DNA of 64,000 nt from NCBI GenBank assembly GCA_965649765.1, contig OZ287753.1:20088001-20152000 (forward strand), written 5' to 3'. Position numbers and translations under genes: made by a program. Origin of the DNA: Bispira polyomma. Its lineage: Eukaryota. Below, piece by piece: positions 36,303-48,300 of the stretch; within the stretch, counting starts at the first letter, position 1; every line of letters begins with the position of its first letter. Below the pieces are notes generated by a model. The model did no database searches. It worked only from the letters and a program-made list of their open reading frames with translations, and was not told the DNA's origin.

Positions 36303-38324
36303 TTAAGCGTCCCTTGAAAAGGGCGCTTATTTGGTTTCACCCCTGGTTTCCTCGCTGCCGCCTGTGCCGCCGCCGCCGCATGGTCTTCCTTGAATATCTC
36401 CTTCAATATTATCTGCATCAAAATTATTTTTGGCAGTTCTCTTAACCAGGAGTGGGACATTTTTTTGATATTCTTGGCTTTGAACTTTGGCCTACTTAAA
36501 TGTCAGGTGACCCTGGGGGGTGTAAAAGTGCTTGTCACTAGGTTTTCTCAGAAAGTATTCATCATAGCTCAATGAAATTTGGTATGTACCTTGGTAAGGC
36601 AATTTTCAGGACGGGAGACGCTGATGAGATTAATCTGATGATAATTGACCGATTTCCAACTGATTGATTTTTATTGAAATGCGAAAAATTGGTACTTTTT
36701 TGCTATCTCAGAAACTATTGGGATTTCGGCTTTTTCTTGGTATAAGTTATTCATCTACTTTTTGATTTTATGTATGATGTAATAATCTCACAGTTCTAAG
36801 TCCAGTACTCAATGAGTACTGAGTACTTCAAATGAGTAGTTTGCTCTATTTTGCTCTATCTTGCACTTTTATCAACTTTTCTTTTGAAGTACCTGTCATA
36901 GATCAATGAAATTTAGCATGCACATTGCAAATACCAAAGCATAGATGTCCGTAAATTTTTAGATCAATCTGGTGATAATTGACTGATTGACAGGGTCGAT
37001 CAATCATACAAAATAGGAAAAAAATGTGTTGATGGTGCTTTTTTGAGCGTGTGAGGATTTTTTTTATTTTTAATTTTAGCAGCGCGTAACTTTTAAAGAA
37101 TAGCCTGAATTTTTATTTATTTTTACCCCATCCAAAAATATGCGATCGTTGCTGAGATAAAACGATTTCAATTTGAAAAAATTTAAAAATTAAGGTTCTT
37201 TTTTAAAGCGTCCATTATCTCGGAAACGGTGCTAGATAGAGCGATTTCGAGCTCATTTTCGACCCACAGGGTCGATTTTGCTTATATGTAAACTTTCACG
37301 AAATTTTCAATTTTGGCGGCCATCTTGAATTTTTGCGTCTTTTTCGAAAATGTCCAATATCTTGGAAACGGTGCTAGATAGAGCGATTTCGAGCTTATTT
37401 TCGACCCACAGGATTGATTTTGCTTATATGTAAACTTTCAAAAAATTTTCAATTTTGGCAGCCATCTTGAATTTCTGCGTCTTTTTTGAAAATGTCAAAT
37501 ATCTCGGAAACGGTGCTAGATAGAGCGATTTCGAGCTCATTTTCGAACCCAGGGTTGATTTTGCTTATATGTAAACTTTCAAAAAATTTTCAATTTTGGC
37601 GGCCATCTTGAATTTCTGCGCCTTTTTCGAAAATGTCCGTTATCTCGGAAACGGTGCTAGATAGAGCAATTTCAAGCTTGTTTTCGACCCACACAGTTGA
37701 TTTTTGCTTATATGTAAACTTTAAAAGAATGTTCAATTTGGGCGGCTATCTTGAATTTCTGCGTCTTTTTCAAAAATGTCCTTTATCTCAGAAATGGTGC
37801 TAGATAGAGCAAAAATTTTTTATTTTGGCGGCCATCTTGAATTTCTGCGCTTTTTTCGGAAATGTCCGTTATAAAACGGTGCTAGATAGAATGATTTCGA
37901 GCTCATTTTCGACCCTCAGGGTTGTTTTTGCTTATATTTATACTTTTAGAAAAAGTTTGATTTTGGTGGCCATCTTGAATTTCTACGTCTTTTTCGAAAA
38001 TGTCCTTTATCTCGGAAACGGTGCTAGATAGAGCGATTTCAAGCTCATTTTCGACCCACAGGGCTGATTTTCCTTATGTGTAAACTTTTGAAGTAATTTT
38101 TGATTTGGGCAACCATCTTCAATTTCTGCGTCTTTTTCGAAAATGTCTGTTATCTTGGAAATGGTGCTATATCGAGCGATTTCGAGCTTATATTTGACCA
38201 AAAGTGCTGATTCTGCTTATATGTCAACTTTTAAACGATATAAAACCTTGTACACTAAACAATGTCATTATTATTTTAACTTTAGGGAGGCTTCGTTTTT
38301 GTTATCAACAACCGTTTTCTAGTT
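36303..38324 (+). mobile_element. Non-autonomous Helitron/Helentron-like (DINE/HINE-type) element with an internal ~142-bp tandem array
   Basis: 5' hairpin TAAGCGTCCCTT-gaa-AAGGGCGCTTA, then a (GCC)n tract; 3' partial inverted copy AGGGAGGCTT, small hairpin and CTAGTT. Confidence 0.65.
37215..38235. repeat. Tandem satellite, ~142-bp unit, about 8 copies (two shortened)
   Basis: Recurrent TATCTCGGAAACGGTGCTAGATAGAGCGATTTCGAGCTCATTTTCGACCC...TTTTGGCGGCCATCTTGAATTT at about 37217, 37359, 37501, 37642, 37785, 37870, 38008, 38151. Confidence 0.92.
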
Positions 38325-41179
38325 AACCATTGTCTGCATATAATGAGTGACTAAGAAATATGGGTGTTTATAATTGTTTTGCTACGACCATAATTTCGAA
38401 ACAAGCAGTATTATTATGATAATAATAATGTGTATGTATAACCAATGATAGTAAGAACGAAAATGACAGAAACTGATGAGTCCATTTGGACTGAACAATT
38501 TTTGTGTACTTATAATTCTATTGCATAAAACTAGATACAATAAACAAGAATAGCCTTTAAAGAAGGCCGCTTTATGAAAGTAAGTCTATTATTCGCTAAC
38601 AGGTTTGCGGGTATATTCTGGTTTCGAGTGACATTTTTAGGAACTATTTTACTTAGCGATTTGACCACTTTCTAATTAGGCTAGCTATGACGCATTACTG
38701 GGCATGAGAATCCTAAAAGTAAAAAAATATGTGTTAGCTTTAACACAAAATTAAACATTGTATTTCTGCATAAATTAATTCTTTACATTTTCCGTGTTTG
38801 GGGTGTAGATTTATTGATAATATTTAAGAAAACATGCATCTCTATGTCTCATATTTATGGTTAATATATTTCATGGCGGCCCCCAGCTAACGCTCACGTT
38901 AGTAGGTCTCCGACCTAAAAAAAACTAATTTTTTTTTACTGTATTGTGAAATAAACATATGACACCATATTAAATCGATTTCCAGTTGACATATTTAATG
39001 ACTTGATGACTTGCATATTTTATCTATATATCCTATGCTGTAATGTTTGTTTTATATACTAAACAGTTCACACGGTCCATTTTCTAGTAACACTGGATTT
39101 ATTTGATATACCTGTCTTTTCTTGCCAGCTAAGTTATTTGAAATAGCTTCTTTTTGCATGGGTGTGTTCTTAATAAATAAAGCACATTCACATACAATTC
39201 ATACCTTTGTCGAACAACAAATTGAACACAATGATTAAATGTTAATAATGTACACCCAACCGTTCAGTTCACAAGATTGAGGAAAATCCATTTAGGGAGA
39301 TTTATTGAAAATGATCAATACTGACAAACCGAATCCTAGAAGAATTCTTAGAGAGTATTTACTAAAAAGTTAACGTTTCTGCAGAATGAAGATACTAACA
39401 TTTAATTTATTGGGACATAGATTCTATTAATATTGAAAAAAGAAAGCTATATTTAATTAAAATTGTAATAAGCCCCCCCCCACCCCCCTCCATTCAAACA
39501 CCAATTTATATCATTTGGTTAATGCTAAAAGGCTTAATATTGGTTTCGTTGTTGTAAAAACTTTTATGCAGGATGTTGTATAATTTTTTACAGCTCGAGA
39601 ATTAAGAGGAAAGCTGGTAGAAGTTCCAGCTTCTGATAAATCCTATAAAATGAAACATGATGAAATTGATAATAACTAGAGTATCAACTCCTCGAGTATT
39701 TAGCAGGAAATATTTACTTGTTAAGATACTTGTGGTACTTTTACTGATAAGTTTTTACAAGTAGTGAACTATTTTATTTTGAAAATTAGACAGACACACT
39801 TTAGAGTGCATATATACTTCCACTAAGAATTTGGAGAGATTTGACTATTTCCAAGGTGTAGTACCATATTTAGCATCCCCCATAAAATGCATCAGGGGTG
39901 TAAAATATTGCCAATCCCTTCCCATATTATGCACGCCCTGCCATATTTCACGCCCCCCTTGCCATATTTTACACCCCCTCACAAGTAATGACAATGCACA
40001 CGTATTTTTAAACATATCTCTGTGTTTTTATTGTAACTTTTTACATTTACTGTTCTAAATTTACATACTTATTAATCTGTAGTTTTTCTATCCGTTATGA
40101 CTAATTAGAAATAAACTGGTTTTATTTGGTAGTTCCCTCATTGGTCAGTGATATTGAGTCAGTGAGAGGTATAATTGATAAATGGTTTGAGATATTTAGC
40201 TTAAAGTGATTAGGAATTCATTGAGTCTATTGTTAATTATGGATCGGGTTGCAACTACTAAACAATTTCAAATGCATTCCGAAAGCTAATTCACCAAGAT
40301 AAATCTTTAGAAGCTATTTGTTCGAGGGCTTTTCTGTTATGTTCAGCCATCTTGGATTTGACAGGAAATCACCCTGTTATATATTTTTCAAGACAAAAAT
40401 TTCCTTGTTTTTATTTATAAAGATAAAAATTTCCTTGTTTTTATTTATACTGAAATGGCAGGCTTATGATTGATGTATAATTTGATATATGATTTGTAGG
40501 GCCAGCACTTAGCCAGACTTAAGAATAGCGCAAAAAGGCAATAACATATAACCAAATTAATAGTGGTCTAACTCTAGAGAATATTGCTAAAAGGAAAAGA
40601 GGAGGTTCTGTCTGATTAACATGACGTGTTTTTATTATGTTTTATATTATATATTCTTTCTTCTTTTTGTCCACGAGCACCAATCTCTAATGCACAGCAT
40701 TCCAGGGCTATTTGTTTACAACAGCCTTCGTGGGTGTTAATTATTGCTTTGCTGTTCTAATTGTACAGTTACCTCGTGGTTGTTATCTCAGTATACACTG
40801 TATTTAATCGATAAGAAGTATCCTATCTTTACTTTTTGTACATATATACGAGTATCTAGCTTGGTCATTGTTCATATATTTAGATACCATGTAGAACTAG
40901 CTATTTTATAGCTTGAATATAATGTCACTGTTTCAAAATTGATATGGAATTTACTAGCATTGTGTTTTACTATTGGCCATTTTCTTTATTTTGTAAGGCT
41001 TATATCAATTTAAACATTTCTCTGTAAATTTTTCCTATCATTATCCAAGCTTATTAAAAAACAAAGATTAATTCTAAAGCTAATTGATCAACGTTTCTAT
41101 TTGTAAATTACCTTATCATTGGTTTGCCAAACACTTGAATTTGAATTGGATATTTAACATCGACTCTAGTACCTGTTTA

Positions 41180-41388
41180 GGTTATATTGGGACTGGTAGT
41201 TGGAAACGCTGGAGGAAACACTACATACAGTTGATCAAGGTTCTGCACTGAAACCAGCGGCCTACAGTTAGGAACTACCACCTTCCCCACATAGGCATGG
41301 ACGGGAGTCGAACTCAGGCCGCCCAGAGGTGAGAGACCAGTGATTGTGAAGCGCAATGCTTGCTAACCACTAGGCCACCGCGGCCCCC
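41180..41388 (-). mobile_element. tRNA-derived SINE
   Basis: Minus strand GGGGCCGCGGTGGCCTAGTGG (A box) ... GAGTTCGACTCC (B box), followed by a body shared with other copies in the window. Confidence 0.75.
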
Positions 41389-41676
41389 AACACTTGAAGT
41401 TGATTGTATAATTATTACTGTACTGTAAAATAGGATAAGGCATTATAATAAAAATATATATATACTGTGTACAAGGTATAAGCATTCACAATATAACACA
41501 ATATGGTTTCATAAATTAAGAAAAAGGAAAAAAACAAAAAAAAAAACAATAAAACCTACAAAAGAAACATATAGATATAAAAATTCAGTTTATTTTACAT
41601 ATTCATTCGATCCCATTTAATCCCATTTTTACATTTATATTCATTCTATGTTGCCCATTGTGTATTGATATTTTAG

Positions 41677-41889
41677 TACATATTCCCAGTAGCAGGCCTG
41701 CTATACGTTGGCTGGATATTGTGGGTGTTTCTGAAATTAACCCCAAACAAGAAAGAAGCTCCAACGGCTTGGGAAGAGTTTGTACAAAACAGAAATGAGG
41801 CTGAGGGATTTCCCACTTCCGAGCCGAATGGAGATAATCAATACGAAACACAGAGGGTCATTACGTCAGCTGCTAAAAGTGAAACCAAA
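41677..41889 (+). CDS. Putative upstream HELZ2-like exon encoding a hydrophobic (TM-like) segment
   Basis: ttttag|YIFPVAGLLYVGWILWVFLKL...SETK|gtaaga; phase 0/0, joins the 43515 exon in frame. Confidence 0.5.
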
Positions 41890-43266
41890 GTAAGAGAGTG
41901 TTTTTATGAGTGCATTTTAAAAACATGATTCTTTAATATTTATCTGTGTGTACAATCAATTGCGAAATAGCCAGTACCGTTAGTATATAAACACGTAAAT
42001 TAATGTACTGACAATATATGATCTTCAAAAGGAGCTTATGCGACAGATTTAATTATTATAATAAAGACGTTGTTGTTGTATCTATACAGCTTTAAAAAGT
42101 AATATAAATTTATATTGGATATATTTTATAAATCAACGGACAAGGTATGTATGTAGCATTAAAAGATTCGCTTGAAATGTTATTGGTTGCTTTTTAAGTA
42201 ACTTTTTCCATTTACTGTTTCATAAAAAGAAAAGTTTTAACAGTGTATTTTAATTTATTAGATATATTTTAGAAGGCTCTGGTTTGGGTTTAAAATATTC
42301 ATTCGATTATTTTTTATTATTATTATTTTTTTTTTGTTTGTTTTTCTGTCATTAAATTGGTACTTTACTTTGGCACATTAAATTGGGTGTACTGGCTTCG
42401 CCGGACACTAGCTACGCCCCTGAAACCACCAGCATAACAAAGTTTATTTTACACATACCCACGTATAGCTAAAAATGTAAAACAATAGTACAATAACAAA
42501 ATTATGACTTACTATTATCCTCGGTTAATTTGTAGAGTTTGTTAATTATAGTATAATGTATTTCAACCCATTTGTTTGAAATTTCTAAATTAGTATATTA
42601 AAATACCATATTTCATCTTTAAAATCTCTTTATTTTATTTTGTGGATATTTTGAAATTTTATCAATTCTATATTAAATAAATATACATATAACTGTAAAG
42701 GAACAGAAAAATCAATTTTGTGATAAATACAACTAAGATAGCAGGGCCATTAATGTCATCAGCTGTTCTCACCCTAGCTAGAAAAATCAATGTGCAAACC
42801 TATGGACCCAATATTTGTCTGATAATCTACAAGTCTACTGCCTACTGATAACACTATAACTACCTGTTTTATTCATGCATCTTTTATGCAATAATGGTTC
42901 AGATTTCTGCAATCTATGAAATTAGTGGAGCTAAAATATACTGAACATTTTATATGTAATAATATATATATACATGTATATATATTTAACGACAAATTAA
43001 ACGAGATTTATGGCAATTGAAAAGAATAATGAAACACTGCGTCTTATAAATAGATAAAATAGCATAAAAAATAACAGCAAGCTGAATAAAGAGCATTATC
43101 ATGCAACTGTGTGTAATCGATTTTATTTTCCCATGAAACTATCTGGACTAATTTGAACTGTAACACCAGATATTTGAGACTGTTTGTGGGAAAAGCTATT
43201 GATCGGGTAACTGACGATGTTTGCCGAGGAAGTTTAAATGTCCATTTTAAAAAGCACCGAGCATTC

Positions 43267-43333
43267 GGGGATTCCCCAGTTTCGTTTTCGTATTGGGCAA
43301 TTGTGAGCTCTTCTGCCGTGCAGCCTATTTAAA
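43267..43333 (+). promoter_or_regulatory. Candidate immune-inducible promoter: kappaB site + ISRE + CCAAT + TATA
   Basis: GGGGATTCCCC (43267-43277), immediately followed by AGTTTCGTTTTC (43278-43289), ATTGG (43292-43296) and TATTTAAA (43326-43333). Confidence 0.65.
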
Positions 43334-43514
43334 GTCCAAGAAAGGCCTGGTTATATTTATTATAAAACGACATCTGTGAAATAATCATTTGTTTCTGGAC
43401 ATTGGTTTATTTTTCATGATAACCACTCAATCAAATGTAGTAGTTAAATAAAGACAACCTGATGATATATTATTACATAATATTGTGTAAACACCATATG
43501 ATTTGTATTAACAG

Positions 43515-43566
43515 AGACAACCCAGCCATCCTAACTGGAATAATAGCAACAGGCGGCGGTTTTCTG
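43515..43566 (+). CDS. Putative HELZ2-like small exon (coding in a long isoform, or 5' UTR)
   Basis: ttaacag|RQPSHPNWNNSNRRRFS G|gtaaga; joins the 44550 acceptor in frame with ATG 44561. Confidence 0.5.
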
Positions 43567-43865
43567 GTAAGAATGAAATCATTTTTTTAGAACTGACACA
43601 TAATTATATTAGATATAATGATACATGATATTATAATAATTTTATTGGCTATATGATGCATTATATTAGGGTACACACCTATTATATATATTAATAATAT
43701 ATTGTCAATATATTGTTAGCCACTGAGAGGAACCATGGTCAGGGAATCTAATGCAATGGTTTATAACCTAGGACTTGTACTCAAGGTCAACCTGGGGTAC
43801 TAAGGATATGTTTGCAATAAATTCACTGTTTTGACATAATTATATGCTTATTGCACCATGTACAG

Positions 43866-44302
43866 CATTCCACAGTCATAAAAGTTATACAGGGTGAAAA
43901 TTTAGCTGGAAAATAATTTTACTAATTCAATGTTCTATAAAATTCACTGTAATTATCCTTCACAGTTCGCCATTTTGTGTTCACAGTTCGCCATTTTGTG
44001 TTCAAACATTAATACAAACTAAAATTAACTGTCACTGTCAATTAATTGTCACTGTTGTATGTCATTAGCTGAAAATGTAAAAGTTGATTTTAACTTCCAC
44101 ATTCCACAGTCATAAAAATGATACAGGGTGAAAATTTAGCTGGAAGATAATTTCACTGATTCAATGTTCTATAAAATTCACTGTAATTATCCTTCACAGT
44201 TCCCCATTTTGTGTTCAAACATTAATACAAACTAAAATTAACTGCGAATTAATTGTCACTGTTGTATGTCATTAGCTGAAAATGTAAAAGTTGATTTTAA
44301 CT
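43866..44302. repeat. Intronic tandem duplication (two units of roughly 200-230 bp)
   Basis: CATTCCACAGTCATAAAA...GTTGATTTTAACT at 43866 and 44100; the first copy has an extra internal 21-bp duplication. Confidence 0.9.
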
Positions 44303-44549
44303 GAAAATTGAAGAGAACTTAACTTTGCAAAACTTTGTAGCCCATTCCAGGAAATAGACAATTTTATATATCGTTTAAAACAAATATGTAGAAATTTCGA
44401 CTTACACATTTTAAAAATTGGTACTTTTCCAAGAAATGGACAATTTTACATATTGTTTGAAACAATAATGTAGAAAAATATGAAAGTGGAATAGGGTCTA
44501 CAGTGGTAATAAGTAATATCTGTCAAACAGTGGTTATATTTTGTTACAG

Positions 44550-44635
44550 TTGTAGAAGCGATGACTTCAAGCGATTCTCAAGATTCCGTTGATATCAGGT
44601 TTATTCCCAAAATAAACTTGACTCATCCCATTCAG
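44550..44635 (+). CDS. HELZ2-like exon containing ATG 44561
   Basis: ttgttacag|..MTSSDSQDSVDIRFIPKINLTHPIQ|gtaagt. Confidence 0.65.
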
Positions 44636-45340
44636 GTAAGTAATAAGTATATATTAATGATATATACATGTTATATCAGTAGGGTTTTTATCAGACGAAA
44701 ACTGCAAGAATGATATTTAGGGTCCCATGACACAGACATACTGTGTACCCAAACCTATCTCCGGGTGACAGTGCCCAAAGCCACGTTATGGTCTACAAAT
44801 ATCTTTGACATATATTAGCAGATAATCTCAGTAATACAGATAACATAAAAATACAAATACACTCTATATATACTCAGAAAAATAAGCTGATAAATAAGTT
44901 CAATATGTGTACTACTGAGGTGAATGTCTGTCAGTTTAAATCTTATATATATAATTTTTATACTTCTCAGTTGTGAATGAATTATACAAATTCTGTTATT
45001 AACAAAGTGACTGTTGCTTTCAATAATGTTTTTAGAAATCTTATGTATATACAATGTGGCCCTGGTGTTAGTATGAGTGGTATATATGTACAAATGGGTG
45101 TTGTCCATGTTCCTGTAATATGCCGTAAAATGATAAACAGCTTATCTGTTAGAATAAATTATAATGTCAATAGATTAGTCACTGAGGTCAACAAACTTAG
45201 CCTCAGAGATACCTTCAACTTTCATGAGTGGAGGCGCTTAAATAATGTACGTGGTCTTCACTCTGGATGAGTGCATAGCATATAACAATTAACAATAGTA
45301 TTTTTTTTGTTGTAATTTTTGTAATATGGACCTATATGTA

Positions 45341-45395
<55 letters not shown>

Positions 45396-48300
45396 TTGTT
45401 TTCATATTAATACCATTAGTCAAACCGAATAATCCTGGGGCCTTGTTCACAAAAGGTCTTATGTCTAAAATAAGACTGCCTACTGTTAGTAGTAGTGTTC
45501 ATTTTGCACTTAACACTAAGGAAATGTCTTCTCTCATTTAGTCTAAAAGCCTAATAATCCCCTTTTTGTATTATGTCTTATACAGACAGGACGGCAGCCT
45601 AGTAAAGTTGAACCTCCACGTGGTCAAAGTGCCAAAGGAAGTCAGAGGACAAAACTAAAGAACAAACTCAAAGTAAAATATGTTAAGCGATATCGAGACT
45701 CACCTTCAGAACGCTTGGCGGTGGAAGAATCAAAGAAATCAACCAGTGGTAAAAAAACTAAAAGTGAGTGGATTTAGAAATAAAAAATCTTATGTAAAGT
45801 GAATATTGTAAAAAAGTTTAGTTTTGGCAAAATAAGTCCAGTAATTTTCTTGTGTGTCAGTGTAGCCTTTGCTCAGCATTAATGATTCAAATGTTTAAAT
45901 TATTTACTTATTCTTTACTGTTATGTTTGGTACCTTTATGATAAACCTTCATTGATATAATATTCGCAAACATTTGTAAACTGCCGTTGTAAGAGTTTTC
46001 TCAGTCTTAGCCAATAAGATTGCTTTATACAGTTTGATCAGCCAACAAAACTTTAACAGAATGAATCTCTATCATCAGATAAACCAAACAAGAAGGAAGT
46101 TTACAGTTCAATGTGGAAGGAAGTTGATGCAATATCCCACCAATCTGTGAAAGCAAGCAGTAGAGTTGAATCCGAACGAGTGTACAATGAAATCATAAAG
46201 AAACATAACCTGCTGTTGGCTTGTAGAGAATGTGTGATTGCTCGATCAGATGAAACTGAAATTGAGGAACACATATGTAAGCAAAATAGGGTCCTTCTAA
46301 GGGGAAATACCAGCGGTTGGCAACAAGTTTTGAATATCCCTAAAGGCTATAAACCTAGTAATGTGTTGTGTGACCTAAAACAAAAATGTGAACGCAGGTC
46401 AAGATGTAAGTACCCACACAGCTCAGAAGAATGTGATTTGTGGAAGATCCTCTGTGAAAATAAGTCGTCTTTAGATGTCCTAGTAGAAGATATTCGAAGA
46501 ACTGACCTCCAATTAAAATATGCAGTTGGCCACATAAGCGAAGATATAAAAGTGCTGGTTGTTTGTAGAAATTGTTACAAGAAGAAGAACTACGATAGAT
46601 TTTTAAAAGCCAAAAAGAAACCATTTTGCCGAAACAGCCACCCTTGGAAAGGCAACCAGATTCTCATTGTGGAGCTACTGGGCGAGCCAAATGAAAACAA
46701 AAGATATTTGCAAATTACAAAGGCCTTGAACTCCTCATCCCTTGATGTATCAGATGACACAAAGCATAGTGTGAGAAACCTGCAACTCTTATTGGTGGAG
46801 AAGTATTCTTTGGATGACATTGCAATGGCTTCTCATCAGTTCCAACAACGGAAACATGTAGGAAGTTCTAAAAACAAAGACAAAAAGAAGAAAAAGAACA
46901 ATTTCAGAACAGAGGCAGATTCAGAAGAAGATAATGCTGGAAGTGATGAATATGATGATTACATGGACGATATTCTTCAAGAGGTCAATGTTGACAGTAG
47001 CAAGGTAGAACTTAGTTTTAGGAGAGAAGCCATTGAGAGTAGTAGCAAAGACCGTATATATTATGAACTTGTTCCCTACGAAGATTTAGATGCCTTACTT
47101 GATTCCACCAAAAACAAGCCAGATACCCAACTTAAAGAAGATTCCAGCAAAAACAATCCAGATATCCTACCCGAAGAAAATTCCCCCGTATACAAGCTTT
47201 GTAAAATAAAGTTGGATGGCTCCCAAAAAGCAGTATGTACAGCTCTTGATGATGGCGAGAAGATTGAAATACGAGGACGGCAAAACTGTGGACCAACTGC
47301 AAACGGAGACATTGTAGTGGTAGAAATAAAGAAGGAAGAAGTTCTGGATGCTGATTGGAAGCAAAAGGAGGGAGCGGAAGATGCAGAACTTCATATGATT
47401 CGTGGCGTAGTAGTGGGGATAAAAAGTCAAAACTGCAACAGAAAGAGCTACAACTTTGTTTGTACGGTAGATGAGTACTTTGCACATTTGATGATGCCAA
47501 TATGTGGCACCATACCTAAAATTAACTGCAATAATAGGCCAATTAAAAACCATCCAGATAAAAACAGCAAAGTGTGCATTTTCCAAGATAAAGGAAAATG
47601 TACACGCACAGTCAGTGTGAATCGTAAAAACATACATGATAAGCTTTTTGTTGTGAGGTATGAAGAATGGGGAATTACTCACATGTATTCTAGAGGATAT
47701 GTGGTGAAAGTTATCCAACCTGGACTCACTTTGGAGAATGGACAGAGGGTGTTAAACTTAATGTATCAAGTGCCACCAGGTTACAGCACATATGTCAACG
47801 AGCTGTTAGATATCAAGTATGCAGATGGCATACCACAACACTTGATGGAAAACAGAGATGACTTTGCTGATCTGAATGTCTTTTCAATTGACCCACCAGG
47901 ATGCCAAGATGTGGATGATGCACTTTCTGTCACTCAGAATGGTGAAAGTCACAGCAAGGAAATATATGAAGTGGGAATTCATATAGCTGATGTGACAGCA
48001 TTTCTAACCAAAGATGAAGAACTGGACAAGAAAGCTGCCATAAGAAAAACATCATTCTACCCGCAGCATGGTCCACCCCAGCACATGTTGCCAGACAAGC
48101 TCAGTAGATATCTGTGTAGTCTACAGCAAGGTGAAAGAAGACTCACCATCAGTGTCTTTATCCAAATGGCTAAATCAGGGAAACTAGTAGGCAAACCGAG
48201 GTTCCACAGGGGAATCATACAGAATCGCAAGCAACTAACATACACAGAGGCTGAGAAAATGATATCCGATGACACGGACTTGCAGGGTAGTCAAGACATA

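Noticed and set aside
37215-38235. Regularly spaced repeats as a possible CRISPR array
   Set aside because: The units are contiguous ~142-bp tandem copies without unique spacers, there are no cas genes, and the context is eukaryotic.
41290-41388. tRNA gene
   Set aside because: A and B boxes are present but the spacing and stems do not form a cloverleaf, and the sequence continues into a body shared by dispersed copies, so it is a SINE.
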